A DNA stretch of 64,000 bases from Candidatus Krumholzibacteriia bacterium. GTDB taxonomy: Bacteria > Krumholzibacteriota > Krumholzibacteriia > LZORAL124-64-63. The DNA is taken from NCBI GenBank assembly GCA_030592845.1, contig JAUVII010000001.1, forward strand, positions 2,392-66,391. Direction: 5' to 3'. Both the position numbers and the translations under genes were made by a program. Positions within the stretch are counted from its first letter, which is position 1, and the number at the start of each line of letters is the position of its first letter. This document shows positions 27,108 to 37,929 of this stretch, piece by piece. The notes under the pieces are model-generated. The model was given only the letters and a program-made list of their open reading frames with translations, was not told the origin of the DNA and did no database searches.

Positions 27108-28285
27108 TCCCCTATCCGGCGGGCGCCTTCGGCAATATCGTTATCGCTGGCGGTCAGACTGATCCTGAACCAGCCCTCGCCGCCGGCGCCGAACCCTGGG
27201 CCCGGCGTGACCACGACTCCTATTTCATCCAGGGCCCGGCTACAGAAATCCACGGACGACTCCCCCGCCGGAACCCGGCACCAAACGTAGAAGGTGGCGG
27301 CGGATTCGAAAACCTCGAAACCCGCCTTGCTCAGGGCGTCCACCATGATTTTGCGCCGCCGGGGATAGACTTCCATGACCGGGCCCAGAAGTTCCTCGAA
27401 AGCCTCGCCGAGGGCATGTGCCGCGGTTGCCTGGACGGCGGTAAAGACTCCGCTGTCGATGCTCTCCTTGACCCGGGCCAGATCTCCGACAACATCCGGA
27501 TGACCCACCGCAAAGGCGATACGCCAGCCGGTCATGTTGAACATCTTGGAAAGGCTGTGCAATTCAATGACCCGGTCGGTTGCCGGGTCCGCGACGGCCA
27601 GCAGGCTGGTGGGCCGGCTCCCGTCCAGGGTAACCTCGAGATAGGCCGCGTCATTGACCAGGGTAACCTGACGTCTGCTGCACAAAGCCACGAGTTCCTT
27701 CCAGAACCGCGAGTCGACGACCGCCCCGGTGGGATTGTTGGGGTAGTTCAAGAACAACAGCCGGGTGCGATCATCAATGAGGCTGTCCAGTTCCTTAAGA
27801 TCGGGTTTGAATCCATTTTCCGGCGTTAAGCTGAAAGAGCGCGGTTCCCCACCGGCAAGAATGGTCGCCTGGCCGTAAACGGGATAGCCCAGATCGGGGA
27901 CCAGGACATTGTCCCCCTCCTGGACACAGGTCAAGGGAAGGTGTCCGAGGCCTTCCTTGCTGCCGACAAGGATCAGGATCTGCCGGGTGGGATCGACCTG
28001 GATACCGTGCCGTTTTTTCAGCCACAGGGCGATAGCCAGTTTCAGGTGGGCGTCGCCCCGTTGAGCGGGGTAACAATGGTAAGCCGGTTCGGCGATGGCC
28101 TGGGCCATCACATCGACCAGGGCCCGTGGCGTGGGACGATCGGGGTCACCGACGCCCAGGTCGACGACGGACACACCGGCCGCGCGCGCCTTTTCCTTGG
28201 CGGCGTCGATGGCGGAAAACAGGTATGGAGGCAACTTGTCGAGACGGCCCACGGACTTAGACTCCCGATCATTGTTTAATGTCAT
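27098..28285 (-). CDS. PLP-dependent aminotransferase class I/II (aspartate / LL-diaminopimelate aminotransferase-like)
   Basis: LGVGDPDRPTP, NYPNNPTG, LSKMFNMTGWRIAF (PLP-Lys region). Confidence 0.8.
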   Translation of the reverse strand: MTLNNDRESKSVGRLDKLPPYLFSAIDAAKEKARAAGVSVVDLGVGDPDRPTPRALVDVMAQAIAEPAYHCYPAQRGDAHLKLAIALWLKKRHGIQVDPTRQILILVGSKEGLGHLPLTCVQEGDNVLVPDLGYPVYGQATILAGGEPRSFSLTPENGFKPDLKELDSLIDDRTRLLFLNYPNNPTGAVVDSRFWKELVALCSRRQVTLVNDAAYLEVTLDGSRPTSLLAVADPATDRVIELHSLSKMFNMTGWRIAFAVGHPDVVGDLARVKESIDSGVFTAVQATAAHALGEAFEELLGPVMEVYPRRRKIMVDALSKAGFEVFESAATFYVWCRVPAGESSVDFCSRALDEIGVVVTPGPGFGAGGEGWFRISLTASDNDIAEGARRIGDWR

Positions 28286-28381
28286 GGCTTAACGTCTAGC
28301 TTAACGCAAAAAAACCCCGCGGATCGTCTGGGCGATCCGCGGGACAAATATCGCACACCGGTGAACGATCATCCACCTCCG

Positions 28382-29605
28382 TCATTGACCTTGGGCTGCT
28401 TTTTTCTTTTCGGCGTCCTCGCGGGCCTTCAGGCCCTCCATGCGTTCCACCTGTCGGACGCCATAGGACGAGTAGCGGGCATGGCCGCTGCTGGCACACT
28501 GCTGGAACTTGGCGCGGGCGGCGTCATATTCGCCCGTGCACTCCAATGCCAGTCCCCAGGAGTACATGATCGGGGCCAGGGCCTCCCGCCCCTTGCCTTC
28601 GAATTTCCGGGCCGACGACGCCGCTTCGCTTTGGGCCAGCGTGCACTGGTTGTTTTCCACCATGACCTGCAGCATGGCCGCGGTCGCGTTTTCGTCATTG
28701 GACTTGATGGCCAGGTATTTCTGGTAGGCGGCAATACTGGCCGAACGGTTCTGAAGCTGATCCTGGGCACGGGCCAACGTCAGCAATCCACCCGTGTGCG
28801 CAGGATCCTTGGCCAGCATCTGGTCCAGCAGGGCGACGGCGCCCTTGTAGTCCTTCTGCTTCATCTTCTGCTTGACCATGTCGTAGGTAGTGGAACCGCC
28901 GGCCTGCCCACCATATTTCTGGGCCAGTCCGGTATAATACTGGGCCCGTTCGTTGTTGCCGTTTGCCTTCTGCTGGGCGGCCGCCTTTTCCGCCGACTTC
29001 GTCAGCAGTTTCAGCACCGGTTCACTGATGGCGGGACAGGATTCCAGGGCGTGCTCCAGAACCTCGACGGATTGGGAATAGAATTTGGAGGCGTTGTGCA
29101 TGGCGCCGAGATTATAGAGAACTCCGCAATCATTCGGAGCCAGGATTTGCGCCTTCATGTATTCGCCGCGTGCTTCCTTGTACATCTTCTGTTTGGCGTA
29201 GACCTTGCCCAGATTGGCATAGTCCCCGGCCTGGGCCTGATCGCCCCTCAATTCGATGACATGCTTGAAATAGGGCACGGCCTCGGCGAATTGGCTCTTG
29301 CCGACCATGGCCGTTCCAATGCCACGCGTGGCGTCGACATGTTCAGGGCAGACCTGAATAATGGACTGCAGACGGGAGATGGCGTCGTCCCATTGGCGGT
29401 TGACCAAAAATTCCTGTGCGGATTGATAAGCGAGATTGGCTTCCTGCATCTGACCGGGTTGGCACTCCGCCATGACGGCGGACGAAGCGAATATTCCGGT
29501 CAGGATAATAGCCAAACCCAAGGCGTGGCTAAATTTGCTGGCATTCCTGGTCAGCGGCACGGGAGAAACCTCCGATTGGGGCGGTCCTTGAAATTCTGTG
29601 ATCAT
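28382..29605 (-). CDS. tetratricopeptide-repeat protein, exported
   Basis: Start chosen at MITEFQG with a signal-like LGLAIILTGIFASSAVMA. Multiple TPR-like repeats. Confidence 0.6.
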   Translation of the reverse strand: MITEFQGPPQSEVSPVPLTRNASKFSHALGLAIILTGIFASSAVMAECQPGQMQEANLAYQSAQEFLVNRQWDDAISRLQSIIQVCPEHVDATRGIGTAMVGKSQFAEAVPYFKHVIELRGDQAQAGDYANLGKVYAKQKMYKEARGEYMKAQILAPNDCGVLYNLGAMHNASKFYSQSVEVLEHALESCPAISEPVLKLLTKSAEKAAAQQKANGNNERAQYYTGLAQKYGGQAGGSTTYDMVKQKMKQKDYKGAVALLDQMLAKDPAHTGGLLTLARAQDQLQNRSASIAAYQKYLAIKSNDENATAAMLQVMVENNQCTLAQSEAASSARKFEGKGREALAPIMYSWGLALECTGEYDAARAKFQQCASSGHARYSSYGVRQVERMEGLKAREDAEKKKAAQGQ

Positions 29606-29728
29606 TCCGGATCTGGGGTGGGCACCAAAAAGCCCCGAACCTGATCCGGGACCCGCCTCAAGGTAATAGGGGGTCCCACCATCTGTCAATTACAGTCCTG
29701 GCGATGCCGGGTCTCACGATTCAATAAT

Positions 29729-30526
29729 TTACCCCGCTGGCCGGATGTTCAATCTGAGCAGAGACTCCAGAACCCCGCCGCCCACCGCTAGGGCCTTGTC
29801 ACTCACCAGATCCGGGTCAATGGCGGCGCCCCGGGGATCCACATCTCCAACCTTGGTTCCCGCGGAAAGTTCCGCCGTCGGATGGACCAGTCCACGAATC
29901 CTCCCGGTCAGGCCACTGACCACCGGAATTCCCGAGACATGGCCCAGAATCATCCCTTCCTCCACCAAATCGCCAATTTCATATAGGGATGTAAACTGCC
30001 CCGCCGCGGGAGCTTTGAGAACCCTCAGTCCCGATTGCCCGCCCACCAGACCGGCAACCCCGGTATTCGGCGCGGCCGCCCCCTGGGAAATGACCTCCCC
30101 CAACCTGGCTTCGCGATGGGTTTCCACGATCAGGTCGGCATCACGGCCACAAAAAAAGCCGGGACCCAGTCCGATTACCGGAATTTTCCCTGTGGGCAGG
30201 GGATCAGGGGCCTTTTTGGTCATGCGGGCGTCAACGACCGCACCGGCGCCCAGACGCGACAGGACAGACCCACGGTCATCCACCACCACGGACACCAGGC
30301 CGGGCCGGTAACGGCACGCGGCCGGTTCGACCAGTTCACCGACGATGCCTTCGACCAGGTGGCGGCCGGTATAGACCGCCTCGCTGAAAGACACCCGCCG
30401 CCGAACGGCCAACGGTCTGGCCGTTTCAGCCAGCACCACCCGGTAACCTGACCTCACCAGCCGGACCGCCACCCCCGAAGCGAGTTCGCCGGCCCCCTGG
30501 ATCCAGATGCAACCTTCAGTATTCAC
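29729..30526 (-). CDS. yqeB: selenium-dependent molybdenum hydroxylase system protein YqeB
   Basis: N-terminus IQGAGELASGVAVRLVRSGYRVVLAE (YqeB-type Rossmann-like start). About 265 aa. Translationally coupled (4-bp overlap) to the XdhC-like gene. Confidence 0.7.
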   Translation of the reverse strand: MNTEGCIWIQGAGELASGVAVRLVRSGYRVVLAETARPLAVRRRVSFSEAVYTGRHLVEGIVGELVEPAACRYRPGLVSVVVDDRGSVLSRLGAGAVVDARMTKKAPDPLPTGKIPVIGLGPGFFCGRDADLIVETHREARLGEVISQGAAAPNTGVAGLVGGQSGLRVLKAPAAGQFTSLYEIGDLVEEGMILGHVSGIPVVSGLTGRIRGLVHPTAELSAGTKVGDVDPRGAAIDPDLVSDKALAVGGGVLESLLRLNIRPAG

Positions 30527-31389
30527 TTTCTTCTCCGGTGCAGACGAACACCCAGCGGAAGGCCTTCATCATCTTTCAGGTGGGGCACCCCGCGCAGGAC
30601 GGCCAGTGCTTCGGCCAAGACGCTCAGGGCGATTTCTCCCGGAGTTTCCGCCCCGATATCCAGCCCGACCGGGTACTGCATGCGGGCGATCCTTTCGGCC
30701 GCTCGCTCGTCACCGGCAAACCTCTTGCGCAACATGGCTGCTTTGGTCCGGCTGGCCAGGGCCCCGAGGAATGCGAATTCGCGGCCGTCATCGCGTTCGG
30801 CTGCCAGAACGGCTTCCAGGTAATCTCCATCCAGTTCATGATTGCGGGCGGCGATCAGCATGGCTCCGCCGGTTGGAACATCCAATTGGGAAAAGAGGTT
30901 TTCGGCGCCTGATTCCAGCAGGCGGACTTGCGGCAAGCCTTCAAGATCCGAGAGCAGTCCGGGGCGGTCATCCACCAGCGTGAAACGGAAGGGAAGACTG
31001 CGGCCCAACTCGACCAGGGCCCGGCCCACATGCCCGGCCCCGATGACGATAAAACTCCGGGCGCGGGTGACGGGCTCGAGAAAAACTTCCATATGGCCAC
31101 CGCAAACACCCACATCTCCAGCCAGGTTCAGGGGCAGGCAGCGGGCCCTTCCATCCTGAAAAACAGCCTCCGCCTCTTCAATGACCCTCGCTTCGGCCCG
31201 ACCACCGCCCACGCTGCCGACCACCGAACCGTCCGGCAGGATGATCATCTTGCTTCCCTCATGGCGGGGAGTGGACAGATGGGTGCGGATCACCGTGGCC
31301 AGCACACCGCTTTGGCCCTGCTCCACCATTTCCGTCAAACGGCGGTAGATGCCGCCTTCGTCAACCGTCAAGCGTTGATCATCATTCAT
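30523..31389 (-). CDS. xdhC: XdhC/CoxI-family molybdenum cofactor insertion/sulfuration accessory protein
   Basis: LATVIRTHLSTPRHEGSKMIILPDGSVVGSVGGG and a Rossmann-like IVIGAGHVGRAL segment. Start at MNDDQRL, 8-nt overlap with the upstream gene. Confidence 0.75.
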   Translation of the reverse strand: MNDDQRLTVDEGGIYRRLTEMVEQGQSGVLATVIRTHLSTPRHEGSKMIILPDGSVVGSVGGGRAEARVIEEAEAVFQDGRARCLPLNLAGDVGVCGGHMEVFLEPVTRARSFIVIGAGHVGRALVELGRSLPFRFTLVDDRPGLLSDLEGLPQVRLLESGAENLFSQLDVPTGGAMLIAARNHELDGDYLEAVLAAERDDGREFAFLGALASRTKAAMLRKRFAGDERAAERIARMQYPVGLDIGAETPGEIALSVLAEALAVLRGVPHLKDDEGLPLGVRLHRRRK

Positions 31390-32053
31390 GATGTCCACCT
31401 TTTTCGCGCCAGGGCCCGGCGGGATCGAAATCCCCGGGCCGGTCGAAATCCCTGTCGATTCCGGAATCTTCCACTTCAACTTCCACCGGTGCCGCCAGCC
31501 ACATCCCGGTGACCCCATGGGTGAGAAAATCCCGCAACGGACCATTATGAAAGGAAGCCCTGCGATTCAATTCCTCAAGCACATCGTAGGGCAGGATGAC
31601 GGGATGTCCAGGAATTCCAACCCGGACGGGACGGATGATCCGTGTGGGGTGCCGGCGCGAATTTTCCGCCAGCAAATCAAGGGTCTCCGGGGTCACTAGG
31701 GGCAGGTCCACCGGATGGGCCCAGAAATGCGAACAGTCCACTCCCGCCTTGGCGCAGGACCTCCAGGACATCAACAATGTCAGCGCCGTATCACCACCGG
31801 AGGCCTGGGGCAGAACGCGGCATTCTTTAGACCCGGGCAATTCCCTGGCAAGGGCATCGCTGAACCCGGCCAGTGCCAGCACGTCCACGGGCATATCCCG
31901 GTGAAGGTAAAGGTCGGCTATGAGGCGCACGAAAGCAGGTCCCTGGGCGGAAAACTTCAACAACCCCTTAGGGCTGCCCATGCGAAAGCTCAGGCCCCGG
32001 GCCATGATGACCGCGCGGTCGGACCGAACAGCTTTCCCGTTGTCGGAAATCAC
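31382..32053 (-). CDS. MobA/MocA-like molybdenum cofactor nucleotidyltransferase
   Basis: AVIMARGLSFRMGSPKGLL N-terminal motif. Confidence 0.7.
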   Translation of the reverse strand: MISDNGKAVRSDRAVIMARGLSFRMGSPKGLLKFSAQGPAFVRLIADLYLHRDMPVDVLALAGFSDALARELPGSKECRVLPQASGGDTALTLLMSWRSCAKAGVDCSHFWAHPVDLPLVTPETLDLLAENSRRHPTRIIRPVRVGIPGHPVILPYDVLEELNRRASFHNGPLRDFLTHGVTGMWLAAPVEVEVEDSGIDRDFDRPGDFDPAGPWREKGGHHE

Positions 32054-32829
32054 GGCTCTCCGTCCTGTTCGATACAGGCCGTGCGAATGGCCGGCGGATC
32101 AGAGGCCAGATCACAGAACAATGTCAGGGGGAGCCGTTCGTGACCCATGGCCCGGCCGACAAAATCAAAAAGGCCGATACTGTCGGACTGCTCCTCCATC
32201 CCCGTCAGGGCCAAAACGCAGGGAATGTCGGCGGGCACCCGGGACAGGTACCCTCCCGGTTCCCGCAAAAGGGAAAGGGAGTGGTCCCATTCCCAGACCG
32301 TCCATGACTGGAGTCCGTCCAGCGGCGGCCATGCCCGGCGGCCAAAACGGTGCAGAACATCTTCGGTTTTGGATCCGACCGCGGAAGTTCCCATCACCAC
32401 GATCCCCAGGGAGGTGCGGCCCGGCCACACCGGTTCCCCCTCACGGTGGAGTTTCAAGGGATACTTGGCGGCCCCATCGACCTCGGCCAAGACGATCCTG
32501 TCGGGCAGGGTCCCACCCAGATCGTCCACTTCCTCCGGGGTAAGGCCGGCCCATTTCCCATCGGGCCGATGGCCGCCATGGAGAAAAAACGCATGGGGAA
32601 GATCGGCCCGGTCCCTGGAGGCCAAGCCCTGAAGATCCATGTCCTCCAGGTCAGGCAAGGGCTCACTCCGGGTGGTGGTCGTCAATACCACCGGAACGGA
32701 AATTTCCCGGTAAAAATCAGCCAGGACGCGCATGAGAGAGGTCTTGCCACCGGATCCCATCAGGGCAATGACATGGCCCGCCTCACGGGGAAGAAACCGG
32801 TGCCAGGGATCGACGAAGCCGAAATTCAC
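32050..32829 (-). CDS. yqeC: putative selenium-dependent hydroxylase accessory protein YqeC (P-loop)
   Basis: GHVIALMGSGGKTSLMRVLA. Size about 259 aa. 4-bp overlaps on both sides. Confidence 0.7.
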   Translation of the reverse strand: MNFGFVDPWHRFLPREAGHVIALMGSGGKTSLMRVLADFYREISVPVVLTTTTRSEPLPDLEDMDLQGLASRDRADLPHAFFLHGGHRPDGKWAGLTPEEVDDLGGTLPDRIVLAEVDGAAKYPLKLHREGEPVWPGRTSLGIVVMGTSAVGSKTEDVLHRFGRRAWPPLDGLQSWTVWEWDHSLSLLREPGGYLSRVPADIPCVLALTGMEEQSDSIGLFDFVGRAMGHERLPLTLFCDLASDPPAIRTACIEQDGEP

Positions 32830-33971
32830 GGGGTGCCTTTCCGGTCGGTGGTCAGCAGGGAATCGTACCAGTCGAGCAATCTGTCCATCATCAAGGCGCG
32901 TGTATACCGTTCCTCAAAACGCAGCCGGCCGGCGGCACCCATTTCCCGGGCTTTTCCGCTGTCATTCATCAATCCGCCAAGGGCCTGGCTCAAGGCCCCG
33001 GAATCGGAGGGCGGCACCAGCAGGCAGGTCCGGCCTGGCTCCCCCACTTCACGGACTCCGGTGGGAAGATCCGAGGCAACCACCGGAACACCTGCGGCCA
33101 TGGCTTCCAGTTGAACCAGACCGAAGGTTTCGCTGGCGTTCACGCTGGGCAGGACCAGGGCGCGGGCGTGGGCCATATGTTCGGCCACCTGGGCGGCATC
33201 CATGGGCCCGGCAAAATGGATCCGGCCTTCCATCCCCAGTTTTTCAACAAGAGCCGACAGTGAGGCCAGCAAAGGTCCTTCCCCGACAATGACAGCTTCG
33301 GCACCGGGCAGATCGGCCATCGCCTCCAGAAAAATCTCCAGTCCTTTATAGGGCACCAACCGCCCCACGAAAAGGAAAGGACCGTCGAGAGAAGGTTCCA
33401 CGTCCATCCAGGGAACGGATTCGATCCCGAAGGGGATCACCCCCACCTTCTCCTTCCAGGGAGCAAGGACCGGGGAGTTGGCGGCCAGAGTGGCCGAAGA
33501 CACCGAAATCCCGGCGGCGCGGCCCAGGCATACCTTGACGATTGGCTGGACCAGCAACCGTCCCACCTTTTGCCTGGTGATGTCGGCGTGGTACCAGACC
33601 GCCAGTGGCGGCAGTTCGCAGGAACGGACGGCGCCCAGCGCGAGCCATGACGCCGCAGCCAGGGGATTGGGCAGGTGCAGATGCACCAGGTCCGGCTTCA
33701 ACCGCGCGGCTTCACGCCGGATAAGTCCCGGAAGGGTCAGGGTCAGGGGCTGGGAATTGAGGTGTCCGTAAACCGAAGCCCTTACCAGACGCCCCCTCCG
33801 GCCCGTGTCCGGGCCCACCACCTCTTCGATGATTTCCTGGGGTCCGTCCCCGGCTGTCAGGACGGTAACCTCGCAGTTCCGGTCCAATAGCCCTTCGGCC
33901 AGATTGCGCAGAACGGTTTCCATCCCCCCCAGATAAGGCGGGTAGTATTTCCCGATGTGTAGAATTCTCAT
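32826..33971 (-). CDS. glycosyltransferase family 1 (GT4-type)
   Basis: MRILHIGKYYPPYLGGMETV N-terminus. ETFGLVQLEAMAAGVPVVASD motif. Confidence 0.85.
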   Translation of the reverse strand: MRILHIGKYYPPYLGGMETVLRNLAEGLLDRNCEVTVLTAGDGPQEIIEEVVGPDTGRRGRLVRASVYGHLNSQPLTLTLPGLIRREAARLKPDLVHLHLPNPLAAASWLALGAVRSCELPPLAVWYHADITRQKVGRLLVQPIVKVCLGRAAGISVSSATLAANSPVLAPWKEKVGVIPFGIESVPWMDVEPSLDGPFLFVGRLVPYKGLEIFLEAMADLPGAEAVIVGEGPLLASLSALVEKLGMEGRIHFAGPMDAAQVAEHMAHARALVLPSVNASETFGLVQLEAMAAGVPVVASDLPTGVREVGEPGRTCLLVPPSDSGALSQALGGLMNDSGKAREMGAAGRLRFEERYTRALMMDRLLDWYDSLLTTDRKGTP

Positions 33972-33995
33972 GCGCGAATTCTAGGGCATGCCAAG

Positions 33996-34853
33996 GTGGC
34001 GGTCAAAGCCCTTCGCCCCCGAACCTTGTTGGACAATCATTTTCCATTTAAACTGATGGTGACAGGAGACCGGGATGCCGCAGACCAGGCGGCCTGGAAT
34101 CCGGTCTCAGGGAGGAGGCGAAAGGGGATCCTCGTGCCGGAAAATATCACCGAAAAACTTATCCAACGCCAAATCAACCACTGGAACCGGTTCCGGGAAT
34201 TTCTCCAGGACGAACAGGACGTCCAACCGCCCAGTCCGGGACCCGTCCTGACCGTGTCGCGAATGGCCGGCGCCGGTGGACGCACCCTCGCTGTCGGACT
34301 GGCGGATCGTCTGAACCTCACCCTTCAGGACCATTCCCTGGTCGGCGAAATAGCCAGTGACCGGAATCTGGAAAAATCAGTGGTCGCCCAGCTGGACGAA
34401 AACGCCATCAGCCAGGCTGAACTCTGGATCAAAGGTGTCCTGAACCGGCGGATCTTCATGAAGGACGAATACCACACTTCCCTGGTCAACATCGTGACCA
34501 ACCTCGCCGCGGCCGGCGACGTCGTATTTCTCGGACGGGGCGCCCACCTGATTCTGGGAGACAAGGCGACCCTGCGAATCCGGGTGGTCGCCTCCCGGGC
34601 CACACGTCTGACAAGGATCATGAAACGGACGGGCCTGACCCGGCCGGAGGCCCGCGCGCTTCTGGACGAAACCGACCGCAAACGCGAGGATTTTATCCGC
34701 AAGGTATTCAAAGCCGAACCGGATCATCCGGGAAATTTCGATCTCGTCCTGAATTCGGACCGCATGAAACCCGAGTGCATTCTGGAAACCGTTACCCTGG
34801 CCCTGCTCGGTGCGCGAACCGGCGGCCGGGCCAAAATGCCCAGCCGGGTTTAA
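33996..34853 (+). CDS. cytidylate kinase-like family (AAA/P-loop NMP kinase-like) protein
   Basis: LTVSRMAGAGGRTLAVGLADRLNLTLQDHSLVGEIA pattern of the cytidylate_kin2 family. True start may be internal (e.g. MVTGDRD). Confidence 0.55.
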   Translation: MAVKALRPRTLLDNHFPFKLMVTGDRDAADQAAWNPVSGRRRKGILVPENITEKLIQRQINHWNRFREFLQDEQDVQPPSPGPVLTVSRMAGAGGRTLAVGLADRLNLTLQDHSLVGEIASDRNLEKSVVAQLDENAISQAELWIKGVLNRRIFMKDEYHTSLVNIVTNLAAAGDVVFLGRGAHLILGDKATLRIRVVASRATRLTRIMKRTGLTRPEARALLDETDRKREDFIRKVFKAEPDHPGNFDLVLNSDRMKPECILETVTLALLGARTGGRAKMPSRV

Positions 34854-34870
34854 TGCGGATACCGACCGCC

Positions 34871-34916
34871 AAAGAAAGACCCCTCCAGGTCCCGGGGACC
34901 GGAGGGGTCTTTTTAC
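34871..34916. terminator. bidirectional rho-independent terminator between the convergent kinase-like gene and groEL
   Basis: AAAGAAA then GACCCCTCCAGGTCCC-GGG-GACCGGAGGGGTC (16-bp stem with one bulge), then TTTTT. Confidence 0.75.
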
Positions 34917-34958
34917 TCGGCGCGAAAATTGCCGGGTCGAACGAGCAACCGCTTTCGG

Positions 34959-36653
<1,695 letters not shown>

Positions 36654-36679
36654 TCATGCAAATTCTTGGGTTCCGGTAA

Positions 36680-36970
36680 CTAGCCCAGGATGGCCAGCAC
36701 ATCGCTCTCGCGCAGGATCAGGAAGTCGTCCCCGCCCACGTTCACTTCGGTGCCGGAATACTTTCCGTACAGAACGATGTCGCCCTTCTTGACTTCGGGG
36801 GCGATCCGTTCGCCGTTATCACTGGTGGTACCGGGACCCACGGCCACGATTTTACCCTGCTGGGGCTTTTCCTTGGCGGTATCGGGGATGATGATCCCGC
36901 CCTTCATGGTCTCCTGCTCCATGGGAGCCACGATGACACGGTCGGCCAGAGGCTTGATATTGAGAGCCAT
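36680..36970 (-). CDS. groS: co-chaperonin GroES (Cpn10)
   Basis: [56 protein letters not shown]. Confidence 0.97.
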   Translation of the reverse strand: MALNIKPLADRVIVAPMEQETMKGGIIIPDTAKEKPQQGKIVAVGPGTTSDNGERIAPEVKKGDIVLYGKYSGTEVNVGGDDFLILRESDVLAILG

Positions 36971-37063
36971 CCTTTATCCTCCATTCATGCTGGTTGAACC
37001 AGCGTTCATATTAACGGTCGAAACTGCGTTGGCAGTCTCGACCCTTGATTGCCAATGGATGCG

Positions 37064-37091
37064 AAATATAGACCATCCACCAGGACCTGCA
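37064..37091 (-). promoter_or_regulatory. candidate sigma-70-type groESL promoter: -35 TTGCAG, 16-bp spacer, -10 TATATT
   Basis: Minus-strand reading: TTGCAG-gtcctggtggatggtc-TATATT about 95 nt upstream of the groES ATG. The leader contains GGTCGA..TCGACC and GCTGGTTCAACCAGC inverted repeats. Confidence 0.4.
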
Positions 37092-37141
37092 AGGAAATTA
37101 GGGATAAAGACCGGAGAAAATGAATTAGACTGGCAGACCTG

Positions 37142-37929
37142 TCAGTTTGACAGGAAACCTGGGGTATTTGACAGGATCACCCCGCCACGCAAGGTCCAGT
37201 GGGGGTCGTGATAACTGCCGGGTATGTCAAGATGAAGCCCCAGACCGCCTGTTACGACCACCGGCACCTCACCATAGCGGGCCTTCAGGCCGGAAACCAC
37301 CGCATGAACCCCTCCGAGTCCCGCGTGCCAGGCCCCGGCAGCCATGGCTGCCCCGGTATCCCGACCCACATCCCAGGACGCGGAACGGAAAGGCACAGGA
37401 TTCAGCCGGGCGGCAACTTCACCGATCCGACGGGCCGCCAACGCCATTCCCGGAGCAATCATCCCGCCCCTGAAAACGCCATCCAGCAGTAGATCGAATG
37501 TGGTGGCGGTGCCGGCGTCCACGACCAGGGCGCTCTTAAGACCGGAAAACGCGGCGGCGGCCATGTTGCACAGCCGGTCGGGACCCACCTGCGAGATATC
37601 GGCAATATCATGGGTAAAGGGAAGATCGCGGGTGTGGTCCACCACTTCCAGATCCGGCTCACCGGCCAGCAGGTCCACGATCCCCGGAATGACGGAGATC
37701 ATGACCACGCGGGGGGACCCGGATTTTCGGACAAGTTCCCGGAACGACTCCCGAAACCCGTCATTGCCCCCGGGACCGGAGGGATGGGAAAGCTCGACCA
37801 GTTCCCGCAACGGGACAGGAGGCGCCAGCTCGGATCCGCCCTTGGCCGACAAAACGGGCAGCTGTCCGTCACCTTCCCAGGCCGCACATTTAACGCGGGT
37901 GTTTCCGGCATCAACTATCAGGGCTTGCA
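37142..37929 (-). CDS. coaX: type III pantothenate kinase
   Basis: MQALIVDAGNTRVK N-terminus. ALVVDAGTATTFD. GGM. C-terminal VVTGGL. Confidence 0.85.

Noticed and set aside
36971-37141. Expected CIRCE/HrcA operator upstream of groES
   Set aside because: No match to TTAGCACTC-N9-GAGTGCTAA on either strand. Other inverted repeats are reported as a finding instead.
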